Shown here one piece after another: positions 24,326 through 37,355 of a stretch of 41,722 bases of DNA. The stretch's first letter is position 1; each line of letters opens with the position of its first letter. The stretch covers positions 310,001 through 351,722 of the forward strand of contig NW_024704798.1 of NCBI RefSeq assembly GCF_018977255.1, read 5' to 3'. The notes beneath the pieces were generated by a model. It was not told the DNA's origin and ran no database searches. It was given only the letters and a program-made list of their open reading frames with translations. A program made the position numbers and the translations under genes. This DNA is from Callorhinchus milii (Eukaryota).

Positions 24326-25664
24326 GCTCTCTTTATTTAGATCCTTAAGAAATTTTCCTGCTGCACACACCCATCCACACACACACAAATATACACATAC
24401 ACACGAATAAACACACACACACATACACACACCCAGACACACACCCTCTGTTTAGCGGTAAGCACAAATCTGCATATTTGTCGAATGTTGGACCGCTTTG
24501 TCTTCAATGTAATAATGATAATAATTTGATTACTTAATTCTCGACTGTGTATAGGAAGCGGCCTATGTTTTTCCTTTTCGCCTAAAAATCAATCGTTACC
24601 CCTTGCAGCATGTTCGGTGAAAAGTTTTGGGGCGTCTCGTTGACGTGATGAGGCGCTGGGTAAAATGCAATGAATGTTATTTTTATTAAGTCCTTTCACG
24701 AAGGTCATTGGTTTTGAGCACTGAGATGATTTAGGGGGTGTGAGGAGGGAGCTGATCTCTAGTGGAATTGGAAGCTTGTGACTATTTTTTGACTTGAACG
24801 ATGGACTGGGAGGGAAAAGCAGTTTGGGACTGTGTGTGAGGGAGAGTAGATATATTTGATCATGTTGGAGCCCACTTTATTCTTATAACCATAATAATCC
24901 ATGCATTTGATACTCAACATTATCACGTCCCAAAGCCATTCAAAAATATAATGAAGAGTTGATCTATTTCATGTTGAGGTGGTAAAACGAATCAGCCAAT
25001 TGTGCTCATCAGTGGCCCACAAACAGTCGTAGATTGAGTGACCGAATTAATATTTTAGTTATGTAATTATTGACATGTTTTAAAATAAACATGTAATTGT
25101 TTTATTTTAAGGGATTATTGCCGCCGGTAAGTTGTCTTGCAAACGAATAACATGGGTGTTCCTATTTATTGTTAAATATACAAAGGCGAGTGTGGCTTAA
25201 GGTTTCTCCCCACCCGAGAATTGAACTCAGATCATTTGACTTGCGAAACTTCTGTTCTAACCACTAAGTTAAAAGACTCCACATTATTGCACGAATGAGG
25301 TATTTTCCTGATGTGAAAGCTGCTGTTTCACAGTCAGTTTTATTTTATTGTTATATGTCGGCACCTATCGACATTTCAGTAGAATGTCAGTGAGTATTCG
25401 TGGTTTGAGTGACCAAATTACTACTATTATTTAAAGAAATTATTAACCCCAGAAACCAATCACTCAATCGACTAACAATCGTGTTCTTATTTTCTACTAA
25501 ACAAACTGAGGAGAGTGGAGTATGTAAAATTGGCCAAAATTTCCCACGGCTGGGAACCAAACACAAGTGTCTCGCTTGCGGGGCGAGTGCTCTTACCACT
25601 GAGCTACAAGGCTCCACGTTGGTTGGGTTTTTGTACAGAGAAATCATTGACTTGCAGCACTGTG

Positions 25665-25974
25665 CTTGTTGTCAAGCCGCAATAATATGTGGCAGCGTCA
25701 GTGACAATGACACTGGATATGCTTAATGTGGTTTGTCTCTGATTCTTGTCAAGCTGTGAAGTGAAACGGCCTTTGGCGAAATCTGCTGTGTTGTCATTTC
25801 CATTAGTATCCCTGTAGAGAATGTATTGGGGAGCTAGACCTGGGTGATGTCTGTACCAGTACAGAGCAGCATACGACGAGCTGGTGACATATGAGCAGCT
25901 CAGACTCACTGTGTCTCCCTCTTGTTTGCTCAGCCCCGCTGTCTGCTGTATGATTCAGTCTCCCACCACCACAT
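25665..25974 (-). pseudogene. TRAV/TRDV V exon with stop at the start of FR1 (paralogue of 9279-9590)
   Basis: DVVVGD*IIQQTAGLSKQEGDTVSLSC; TGA at 25955-25957; consensus RSS 25658-25664 / 23 / acaaaaacc. Confidence 0.9.
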
Positions 25975-27551
25975 CTGCAACGAGAGGAAAGGATCAAAAT
26001 CAAACATAGAGCTTTTGCAGTCCTGTAGTTCAATGATTTGTGCACTCGCCTCGCAAGCGTTCGGATCAGGGTTCAATTCCCGGGCAGGACAGGGAGAAAC
26101 CTGAGGCAAGTTTCCTTAGTACACATAAACGCCTCTGTTTACCAAGCAATAAGTAGGAACCCAGTCGTTGGAAGACATCGCAACGAACAAACCCAGCTCG
26201 GTTGACCAACCAGGTCTGCCAAACGCAATGACCCATCATCCTAATGATGAAAACGCCTCTATATTAATATTAATATGAATCTGTATTGTATGTTTCACAG
26301 CCTCACCTGACATTAAGCTCAATCTGAGAAGATATTCGATGAACAGCCACATTGTCGCTCTTGAGAAAGAAGATTTTGCCATCAGAGTTTGATGATTGAA
26401 TGTGTATGTCGACAGTGAAGGGTTACAACATCATATCTGTGACCCCACAGCAGCGTTTCCTTGACACACTTACCCCGTGACATTGTCACGCCGCTAAATA
26501 TGGGCGTTGGGCTACACTCACTTACATGCTGAATGATTTCAGAGCCACCACAAGATGATGTCAAAGCTACTGTGGATAAAAGTTTGGTGAGGAAGGATCA
26601 TACTAATCCTTGCATTTGATAAAGCGCCTTTGGACATCAATTACAACAATAAACAGCAATAAGTAACATGTTTGAGGTTGCTCGGACGTCTTTAGTCGCT
26701 GGAGAGTGAATGTGTTTGCACTCGGGATTAGAAGGGGAGAGAAGATGGTGGGTGGAAGAGTGATGTTCACTGAAGACTCGGTTGAGAAGGATGGTCTTCA
26801 GACGGGCATTGAATGAGGCAAAGGGGAACACAAACGATCCTCTTCCAACTTTGGATGCTACCACCGAACCTCAGCGACCTCCACAAACACTACACTCAAT
26901 ACGCTATCAATACCATATCTACCAGGACCCTCAATTGGATCTGTGTGGGTATAGCTAATCGTTTCGAGTCGTACCGTGGGATATTTAGCACTCACCTGAA
27001 CAGTCATGGATTGAGTGACCAACATTGTTTTCGAAGGAATTTTTATCCCCCCAGAAAACGATAGGCCGATCGATTTACACCCGGGTTCTTTGTCACTGCG
27101 AGGTAAACAGTGGTCTGTGTTTGGAGTAAGGCAACTTGCCTAAGGTTTCACCCTGCCCAGAATTGAACCAGGGTCCTCCAGTTTGTCAGACGACTGCTGT
27201 TCCCTCTCTGCCACACGACTCCGTGTAAATTAACAAAAAACAAAAGAAACAGGATTGGCTTTTATTTTATTTGCAAACTGAAGTAAACTAACAACAACTG
27301 GGCCTGTAACGCCTAACTAGTTCACTAACGGTTGTCTGCATTTACCGTGACAGATAATGTTGTGAAAGTTTAGCTGACAAGTTGATGTCAGGTGAATGTG
27401 GTTTCCTTTGAGTCTGGAGATTGAAATGTCTTCTCTCAGCAGGGCCTCAAGGCCTGACCAATTTTCCGCACAAACTTCAACAGACAGATCATCCCTATGT
27501 AAAAGTGAAAGTAGTTTTTGTCCAAGACTAACAGGGCTGTCAATCACTGTG

Positions 27552-27864
27552 GTGAGACTCAAAGCACAGTGATAAACAGCGTTGTCAGACACCACCAGCA
27601 CAGACATAGAGAAACTGGAGGATGAATTGGATTCCCGTAGCTGAGCAGAGAAACGATTTTCAGTTCCTGTTCCTTGGTATTGATTGTCATCCCCAGAATA
27701 GCTCGCAACGAAAAGCTCTGGCTGCTTGTCTGGGTAATGTCGGTACAAGTAGAGATGGTAATACCAATCAGTAGTGGAATAAGTACACTGAAAATTCAGA
27801 GTTTCTCCTTCTGTCCTAACCATCGGGGCAGCATTCTGACTAACAGAGGCCCCGTCAGAGTGAT
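27552..27864 (-). CDS. TRAV/TRDV V exon, open ORF, Trp41->Leu, intact leader at 28505-28550
   Basis: DHSDGASVSQ...FQCTYS...YLYRHYP...DNAVYHCALSL; RSS 27545-27551 / 23 / acaaaaact. Confidence 0.85.
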
Positions 27865-28504
27865 CTGTAATAAACATGGTAAAGTACGACCATTTATTAT
27901 TCGCTCTTTGCCTGAGTTGTTTTTTCATCGCCTGGGGACGTCCTCCCAACGAGAAAGGCGCTATAGAAACGCCCATTGTGAGTACTGAATCAATAATAAT
28001 TTAAAATTTTAATTTTAAATAATATCTGAGGTTGTCATTGATACGCATCAATGTGCTTCGCAGAAGAAATTGTGAAGCGGAATGTTCTGTATTTTTTGCG
28101 GGCCAAAAACGGCAAACAATTATGCATAGCAGGAACCCAAGAAGAGTCGTGGAGGGTGTAACAAACTATTACTTGAAAAAAATGTAACGTATTGTTGCCC
28201 CTGAAAAAGAGCTGAGCCAAAGCTCTAAAAACATTTGAGTAGAGAAATGATTTTTATTTGGAAGGTTTGTACTCCCAGGTTTATAAAGCGAAGGATTTTC
28301 AAATGACTGATTGGTTAACAGAGGCGTTTCTGTGGAGTAAGGAACCTTCCAAATATTTGCACCCTGCCCAGGAATCGAAGCAAGGTCCACTCGCTTGAGA
28401 GCCAAGTGCACTAAACACAGAGCTATAGGTTTACCCCCACCAGTTGTTGTTGAAATGAAGACGACCATCAGCAGCAACACTGAATTAGCTCAACAGGGCC
28501 TCAC

Positions 28505-28550
28505 CTGACATGAAGGTTCCCAGCACAAGACAGACAGCAAACAGCCTCAT
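28505..28550 (-). CDS. Leader exon for V at 27552-27864
   Basis: MRLFAVCLVLGTFMS + g, donor gtgagg. Confidence 0.82.
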
Positions 28551-30544
28551 TACTGCTCTTCAGTCTGTGTGGCTTTGTTTGTGGCATCATTTTGCTGATA
28601 ACCCGCATTGATTGTCGGCATTGGCGGAGCCACAGTCTCACGTCACCTCATTGGCATCTCAGCCGCGTTTCAAAAATACCAACAAATTACCTATATACAT
28701 TGCCTTTCACCTGTCACTGGGCGTAGGGAATCCTCCCACTCAGCTCTTGTTAAGTCGGAAAGATAAAGTTCTAACGAGAAAGAAGATGATAGCAGGACAA
28801 ACAGCGGTAAAGCTTACCAGTCAGAGATGTGGATTGCAAGCTATGTAGTTTTAACTAATTGGACTCGAGTAGAAAGACATCGCACACTCAGAGATCCCCA
28901 ATCCTTGGCTCTTGCCACCCACCAAATAATATTCTCCGGAATTAGTTAAGCAGGATGTGTCCTTCCAGGCAGAGAGACTGCATACCATTCCGAGAACCAA
29001 TCTCTGACATTTCCAAGTATAGGTAGGATAAATGGAAATCTCATCTTTGTTTGGAGATTGTTAAACATGGTGAATGGTATAGGCATTTGTTGAAGAAAAC
29101 ACTTAAAAATTGTGCTATGTCATCATTTTAGTTGACAAAAAGCTTTAGCATCATTACTTGGTATATAATTGTAACATGTCGCCCTCTAGAAGCCACAGGG
29201 CCATAGTTCAACTCTGCCTTCATATTCGATGCCAAACTTGAAGTAAAGCAATGATTGTAATAATAATGTGTTGTGGTTCCCAGTGGCTAACATTACCTGA
29301 GGTTCAGAGTACCGTAACACACCCCGCTGTCAGTCACTGTGAGGCCACAGATACAGAATCGCTCCTCTCACATACTAAATGCTCGCCTCACTGTTATGTT
29401 GAACTGTTCTGAGCCCCAAAGGGTAATTTGTCAGTGTAATAGTTCACATACAACACTGAATAAAGCAACTATTGCCAGTGGCATTTGTACGTTGTTGCTT
29501 TTGCTAACCGTTTTCCAAGCAGTAAGCAGGAACCCGGTTGTTATCCTATTGGAAAATCGCTTTCCATAGTTTGTAATAATAATAACAAGAGAGTCACTAA
29601 ATCGACAACTGTTCATGAGTCAATGCTGTGCGTAATTTACTGGTGCATTTCGCTCACTTAATATATATTTAATTCCCTCTAGAGGATATACAGAGAAGCG
29701 ATTTGAGACGTCCCCAAGGCTGGACAATGCGCTTTACCAAATGCAAGAATTATCATTATAAATTGAATTGGCTTTCAATTTTGCAGGCAAACAATCTGGG
29801 ATTCAATGATCAACACATTATTATTCCTTTTAACATTATTATTATTATTTCCCCCCCGAGAGCAATCCAGAAATCAACAAATTACAGATGCTTTCTGCTT
29901 GGTGTTCAGTGTCATGTAAACTAATGGAACTTGCTCAACGTTTCGTCCTGCCCAGCAATCGAACCCAGGTCCTCTGATGTTTGAGAAGCGATCTCTACAC
30001 GATAAGCCGCAGAACTCCGCAGATCTTCATTTCTTCAGGTGCTTTGATAACATCCATTTTCTGGGTTGTTTGTGGGATACGTCAGAGTGAAAATTGTATG
30101 CCGGCGCTATGAAACAAATCGAAGCTGCGATAAGGCGATACATCAAATCCAAGGATTATTATTATAATTATGTCGGGCGAAGTTACAAAGTGGTACACAA
30201 TGCTAAATATACTGCTGTTTGCGGAAGGGATTTACCCTTGGAGTGTCTTCTGCAACCCATCTTATAGCTTAGAGTCAAAATGCAAGAGTTTTACTTTTTT
30301 GTGTTGCATTAGCAGCTCAAAGTAATCCAATAGAATCGCTCCTGTTGTGCTCAATCCGCTGATTACTTTACCCTCTGCATTCATAGTGACATACAATTCT
30401 GTGAACCTTCAGCAAACAGATTGACTTGCTGTGAACGCCGTTCCTGTGAGACAGACTTCCTGAAAACAGACTGGTCGCCTCAGCGCCAACTCACACAGCT
30501 CGGAGAGTTATTGTACGAGGCTGTGACTGTATTCCATCACTGTG

Positions 30545-30851
30545 GGGCTGACTGCACAGTAATACACAGCTGAGTCAGACAGCTCTAAATCGGAGATGGT
30601 TAATTTGCTGGATTTTCTCGACGTCTGCAGCTCGACCGAGAAACGAGATTGAGCAAAATCCGCTTCATGTCCGTAAGAAGGTTTGCAAGTCTGAAGAATA
30701 TAAACCGGTTGTCCCCCTGGGTGTTTTCGGTCCCAGTGTAGACAATAGTCACTCAGCGATGTAACATAATTACTGTCCAAATGCACTTGTGCCCCTTCTC
30801 TCTTGGTGACTGAAGGCACGATCTGCTTAATGGAATCCCTACCGGTCAGAC
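30545..30851 (-). CDS. TRAV/TRDV V exon, open ORF, Cys23->Ser with two non-canonical Cys (leader 31315-31360)
   Basis: GLTGRDSIKQ...VHLDSNYVTSLSDYCLHWDRKH...ILQTCKPS...DSAVYYCAVS; RSS 30538-30544 / 23 / acaataact. Confidence 0.85.
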
Positions 30852-31314
30852 CTGAAACAAATTGTAAAACAAAATTAACAATCAACAGATTTAATCAATA
30901 AAAAATCCATATTTGTTATATCACCTTATCAAGTCGTCGAGACATCTCAGGGGGCTTGACAGAATACACTGTAAACTGAGTTGAATATATTCTGCACTGT
31001 AAACGCGGCAGCCAATTGCGCACTCTAGTATTTCACAAACAATTCATGGATCAATTTACCATTAATTGGTTTTGAAGGCTGTATTGCCCCCAAAATGCGA
31101 TCCACCTTTTTTTTATTTGATAGACTAACATTCAGTATCCTACGTGTTGTGCGCGGAGTGAGGAAACTTGCCCAATATTTCGACCTGACGGGAATCGAAC
31201 CCGGGTCTCTCGCTTGCGAAGCGAAGAATTCAAACACTGAGCTACGTGACTCCACCAACAAAAGCGATGCAATCATTGTTGACCATCGACTGAAACATTG
31301 CATTCATTGATTAC

Positions 31315-31360
31315 CTATCAGGAAAGCAGCGAGCGTCACCCAGAACATAAAGTGCCCCAT
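31315..31360 (-). CDS. Leader exon for V at 30545-30851
   Basis: MGHFMFWVTLAAFLI + g, donor gtaatc. Confidence 0.8.
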
Positions 31361-32152
31361 CGTCTGAGCTCTTTCTGCAGATGCCCATTGATTACCTGTA
31401 AGATATTTGAGGTGATTGGCACCAGCCCCCGGAGTGACGACATGTACTGTCATTTACACCGTCCAATAGTTTAAGTGTATAACTTCCAACTGATCAGAAA
31501 CTATTTCCAATCAATTGTGTGTATTTGCTTAGAAACATATATCATAGTTTCGTGGATTATAAGATAACAGATTGAGGCCATTCTGCCCATTATGCCTGTG
31601 CTGTGCCATCAAAGCTTATTTGGTGTTAATAATTCGTTGAAATAAAATTAATATGAAAATTGCTAAGTTAATCCATGACTAGTAGTGGACCACCGATAGC
31701 GAAATTGCCTGATGCATTTAGCCCTGGAAATATGCAGACAATTCACTTTACAGATATTTCGTAAAGCGCTTTAGGACGCCGTGATTTCGCGATAAAGAGC
31801 CATATCGAATGTAATCATTAATTAATTATTAAATATTTTAATATTCAATTTCGATTTTAAACGTGCCTTTCATGTCTGACCGGTGAAGATGATGCGAAAG
31901 AGTTAAGCAACCATATCTGCTCCCCCATTATTTCCCAGTAACCCTGCATTATTTTCCTATGTAAGTCCCTTTCCAATTCCCTTTTGAAAGGTTCTATCGA
32001 ATCTGGTTCCAACACACTTTCAGTGCATTCAGTGCATTCTGAAGAGTAACATGTCTCCGAGTTTAAAAATGTTGCCTCATCTCTCCTCCAGATATTTTCC
32101 CAATTATCTTCAATCTGCAAAATAAATTCAGGAGCTGAACACGTAAAATATG

Positions 32153-32483
32153 TAATAATAATAATAATAATAATAATAATCCTTGCATTTGATATAGCGC
32201 TTTTCACGTCGGGAGGACGTCCCAAAGCGCTTCACAGAATATACTGTAAAGTGAATTGACTGTATATTTGTGGGCGAACGCGGCAGCCAATTGCGCACAG
32301 CAATGTCCCACAAACAGTCGTAGATTGAAAATGACCAATTTATTATTGTTTTGGGTTTTTTGGAGGGATTATTATTAGGCGTGTGGAGTAAGGAAACTTG
32401 CCCAAGGTTTCGCCCTGACTGGAATTGAACTCAGGTCTCTCACTTGCAAAGCGAGTGCTCTAACCACTGAGCTACAGGACTCC
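32153..32483 (-). mobile_element. Full-length young tRNA-derived Deu-type SINE
   Basis: Reverse complement of the 17061-17378 element with (att)n tail. Confidence 0.85.
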
Positions 32484-33036
32484 ACGAAGTGTGACACGGG
32501 ATATCCGTTAATAGGTTGGACTGAAAGCCAATACACGTTTAAATCATGTTTCAATCATAAAACATTAATGACAACAAACCATGTTCCTGAAGTCTGTACA
32601 TTTAACCATCAATGACTCCATTGACCTGGAACTATGTGGCCAAAGGTGCAAAGATATTGAGAAAGTTGGTAATCTCAGATTGTTGCGCATGATATAATGT
32701 GAAGAATCGTGACTGTAGCTTTAAGTCAACTCACAATCAATTCACGTCAGAGGGTGTCCTGTATAGCGCTTTGAGAAGCTTGGAACACCTGATAAGATGC
32801 TGTATTAAATGTAAGGATGATTATTATTTATTTCGCTCTTTCCCTACATGAAACACTCCAACAAATTTTGCTTTTGGTTGGCAATTAGTCACGAGTTTCC
32901 TATGAGAGACACAGCGGCAAAGTCACAAATTCTCAAGTAGGTCAACTGTCAGGAATAACATCTCTGCTGAGATGAAACCCTCTCTCTCCTCTTTGGTGGT
33001 TTTAGTACAGTGGTGTAATCCGACAGTAGCACTGTG

Positions 33037-33315
33037 TGCGTGTTATGGCAGTATAATGCTTGGTGTTAGATAGAGCCACGCGGAACACAGACACATTGGA
33101 TCTCTTCTTACTGGTCTCCAGATTTGGCGTTAAAAGTTGAGTTGCAACTTCAGCACAGAAAGTGTCCCCATCATAAACATGTCTCCGCGTGTACAGATGA
33201 GGCTCCCCTGGATACTAACTCTATCAGAACATTAAAACATTCTTGAAATCAGCAGATTAGGTGCAGCTCAGGGTCACAATCTGGACCTCAGTAACAGGCA
33301 CTTCCATTGTGATTT
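33037..33315 (-). pseudogene. 5'-truncated V pseudogene, paralogue of 12808-13114
   Basis: MEVPVTEVQIVTLSCT*SADF... with multiple stops; RSS 33030-33036 / 23 / actaaaacc. Confidence 0.8.
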
Positions 33316-34276
33316 GAAATAAATGATTATCGAGAATTTATCTGCTGTAAGCTACATAATAATAATCATTGCATTTGATGGAGTCAATGTGTGTTTTCTG
33401 CAGGAGCGCACAGCAGTGTCCCACGAACAGTCGTGTATTCAGTGACCAAGCAATTATTATTTAACCTATCAGTGAAAACCTCTCTGTTAAAGGCAAGGAT
33501 TAATCAGTAAAAATACCAACTTGTTTAATCCAGGGGTTGCTGTCTCGGAGAATGATCGGCCAGCCGACTTATCCACGGGTTCGTACTCACAGCAAAGAAA
33601 GCAGAAGTGATTTTGGATTGAGGACACTTGTCCAAAATTTCTCCCAGCCTGCGATTCGATCCCAGGTCCTCTCGCTTGCGAATCGAGTTATCTAACCACT
33701 GAGGCACTGGACTCCACTGACAGTAAAATATCACTTCACGGATTCTCCTTGTGAATATAAGTGACATATGTTCTGTAATTATTGACACTTGGTTCATATC
33801 ATTATTTTACTGACCCTAATCCTAAAGAACTTTGGTGTTCCTCTCTCACTCTAAAAAAGAAACTGTTGGTTGCGACGATTTTACTCCGAAATACAATGAA
33901 ATTTACATCGTCATTTCTGAAGCGCTTTTTGACGTCTCAGTGAAGCGATACGCCACAACATCAAGCACAAGGACTATCACATTTTTATTAGGTTTTTATT
34001 ACCGTAATTATTAACATCTGTAACAAGCTAATCATCTAAATTCCGTCAAAGGTGTATCACTATCTAATATCTGTTGGTGAAAAATAAACAAATATACACC
34101 GAATAAAGTTTCACATAATTTAAATGACTTGATATGAGCTCAATAAGGTGTAAGGCACGGTGGCAGTTCGGAGATGGTCTGTTACACCGTCTGTCACTGA
34201 CTGTACTGTGTTGTTTGCCAGATTTGGTTGTGATGAGGGTTATTGTACGAGGCTTCCTATGATGTGTATCACTGTG

Positions 34277-34578
34277 GTGCAGACTGAGTGCACAGTGATA
34301 CATAGCGGAGACTGTCAGCCGCAGTCCCGCGATGGTTAAAACGCTGATTTTCTTGGCAGTGTCAAGAGAAGCAGAAATATGATCTCCAGTAGGGTTTCCT
34401 CCCTCTGCTGAGGGTTTTCTGTGGAGCAGGTATTTCAGTTCCTCGCCAGGGGACTGTCGGTACCAGGAGACGCTGAAATTCTGTCCACAGAACCCTGAGT
34501 ATTGGCAATGTAAATTTATTCTCTCACCAGCAAAAGCAGTTTGTTCAGGCGGTGACTGGGAAACTGTATAACTTGATG
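34277..34578 (-). CDS. Leaderless supporting TCR V-delta of NAR-TCR unit 3
   Basis: Phase-1 acceptor at 34579-34581; SSYTVSQSPPEQ...LHCQYSGFCGQNFSVSWYRQ...VSAMYHCALSL; CDR1 Cys at 34487-34489; RSS cacagtg 34270-34276 / 23 / acaataacc. Confidence 0.87.
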
Positions 34579-37004
34579 CTGCGGAATGCAAATTACAGGT
34601 TACTTAGGATCATGGAATTATGGAAATTTGTAGCACAGAAGGAGGACATTCGGCCCTTCGTGCCTGTATCGGCTCTTTGAAATGAGCTATTCGATTGAAT
34701 CCCACTCACCCGCTCTTGTCACATAACCCTGTATCATTCCTTCTGATGCATTTACCCCATTCCATTCCGAAATTTATTATCGAATCTGTTTCCGCCATTC
34801 TTTCAGGCAGTGCATTGCAGTCAGTAGCAAATATAATTTGAATTAAATTCTCCTCCACACCCCTCTGATGCTTTGACCAATTATCTTAAACTTGTGTTCC
34901 GTGGCTACTGACCCACTTAAGTAAGGAAACAGTTTTTCATTATCTACTCCATAAAAAAACTCTTACATATTTCAACACTGGCATTAGTTCACCAGTAAAT
35001 ATTCGATGCTCTGTGGAGAACATTTTCAAGCACTTTTGCCTTCATACACATGAATCCACTCTTCACAAAAATTCATTCTGGTAAATTTCCTTTTTTCCCT
35101 GTCCAAGGCCTGGAATTTCTTTATACTAAATGTAAGGATGCTTTTAATAACAAGGATAGAAAGAGCAGATTAATGCACTAAAATAGCGAGCACTTGAAAA
35201 ACAGACACTTTAGTGCAGACACAAGTCGTATGGCTACTTCTTTGACAACTTTCATGATATGCAATAAAATGACCATTTTAATTAAGCTTTGTTTATCTAA
35301 ACTTATACTCGTTTGCTGCGGTGAAGTCCACATTGAGCCTTTGGTTGCCTGTGATCATGGGAATGTTTAGCAGAGAACCAGGTGTCAGTTTGTACCGTTA
35401 ACTCAGTGGGTTTACAGTTGAGGCAAATGGAAAGTTTCCCTTCTGTAAATGTCGTTACTTTAAAATCGCTGCTGGAGGAGGTTAAGTCTCTGGCTATTCG
35501 CCAACATCAGTAGCTCTCCGTACGAGAACAGCTCATTCAGTTCCATTGTGCCAGAAGCAAAGTGCTGTTTGCCTTTCCCTCTCTTTCTCTCTCTCTTTCT
35601 TTCTAACTTTTTATATTTTTATCTTTCTGTCGTTTTTTCAATGGAATTTCTTTCTTTCAGGAGTCGACTCAATGCACTTGTGTGTGAATTATGGTGCAAT
35701 CTGTGTTTCTCCTTCTTTCTCTCACTTTCGTTACGACTTGTTTACTTAGATTTCTTACTCCCACCTTAGCCCCACATAAACCTAACCCTCTCACTCCTCT
35801 CGGCTGGCCACTGCATCTGTGGTCGCCACCGTGCCTGCTCTATCATTTTGTGCCGAGCCTTCAGGGTTTTTTCCCCCACACTGTGGCACACGGTCTAATA
35901 ATCCCTAAGCCTCAAGCCTTCCCTTGTCTCTTTCAAGGGGCTGAATCACCTTACACTCCAACTCACTGGATTGCAACCTCCAAGCTCGGGTGTGCAGCGC
36001 ATTGAGTCTTATATAATTATTTCAAATAAGAATAAGAGTACTGTATTGGTCACTAAAACTATCAGTGTTTGTGGGACACTGCTGTGTGCAATTGTCTCCC
36101 GCTTTTTGCCCACAAAATACAGTCAATTCACTTCGCAGGATATGCTGTGAAAAGCTTGGAGACGTCTCGATTGTGTGATAAGGCTCTACATCAAACGCAA
36201 AGATCATTATTATTAAAGGCTCTGAAAAGTTTAACTTGATGTTGCTCCTTTATTTTCCTTTTATTATTTATCCTTGTATTGATTTTTGCAGTCTCAATGT
36301 CTGTTCATTCTTTGTACCTCATTCTTATCCTTTGTGTAGCAATCCTTGTGACTCATAGTTTATCTCGCTTCCAGTCTGCTTACCGAATATGCATTTATCT
36401 GTCCGAGATATTGGAATAATCAGTTCTAAACTAAGTTTAACATCTTTCAAGACATAAATATCGCTCAAAGCTCTTTACGTGATTATATTATTTTATGCGT
36501 ACTGACGGTGAATGAAGGACACATCAACACACCCCACGCACAGCTTTGTATTTGTGTGTTAGCTCAAACTAGAATAGTTGAATATCGCGATATGGCACTG
36601 CACACATAACCTTTCAACACTGAATGCAGTGCTGGAAACTGTACTGTACAGCCTAAGCCTCCAAAGCACTGCTTGTTGCGAAGTTACAGTTTTTATTATT
36701 ACTTAACGTGACATTAGCAAATGCAAATTATATCCCTTTCTACCAGATTTCAAAATATTGAATCAATGGTTATTTATTTGCGTGATTGTGTATAATGATA
36801 CCAGGTTTCGCTGTTATCAGCGGTGACCTGGAATACTATAGACGTCTGGCACAGTAACCGGAATAGAGACGGTCACACTGAGAGGACTTATTTCCTACAT
36901 CCTGTGGCCAAACATGTCACCTTGGATCTGGCAATGAAATCGAACAATTCATTAGCAAATTCATTGGAATCAGTTTTTTAAAAATTGTAATTGTTCTCAC
37001 TTAC

Positions 37005-37355
37005 TTTTTGTTACAATTACTGCGGTTCCAGTTCCATCTTTAGTTTTCTCTCTTTTACCCACAGCGCAGCGATTTGCATCAAATCGAGCTCTGCAGTAAT
37101 AGGTAGCACCGTCTTGAACTTCCAATTCATTGATTTCTAGAGAAAATGAAGCCGACCCCCTATCTGCTTTTACAACAAATCGTCCATCTACTGGGATGGA
37201 CTCCAACTGTGTCCCTGTTCTAAACTGTCTGGAAAATTCCATACTCTTGAAAGTCACACCAGATGCGGCTTCAAATGCACATTGAATGGATACGGATTCG
37301 CATTCTTTTCTCGTAAGAGAGTTTGGTGTCTGCTTTACTGAGACTCGGTCACCAT
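37005..37355 (-). CDS. Germline-joined VNAR-type V(D)J exon
   Basis: 351 nt, open, acceptor tttcag (37356) and donor gtaagt (37004), both phase 1; GDRVSVKQTPNSLTRKECESVSIQC...DGATYYCRARFDANRCAVGKREKTKDGTGTAVIVTK; V fused to a NAR-type J with no internal RSS. Confidence 0.9.

Noticed and set aside
37005-37355. Joined VNAR as a processed retrocopy or a somatic contaminant
   Set aside because: It retains intronic acceptor and donor, has no fused leader or poly-A, and is too divergent from the neighbouring V and J segments to be their somatic product; germline DNA confirmation is still needed.
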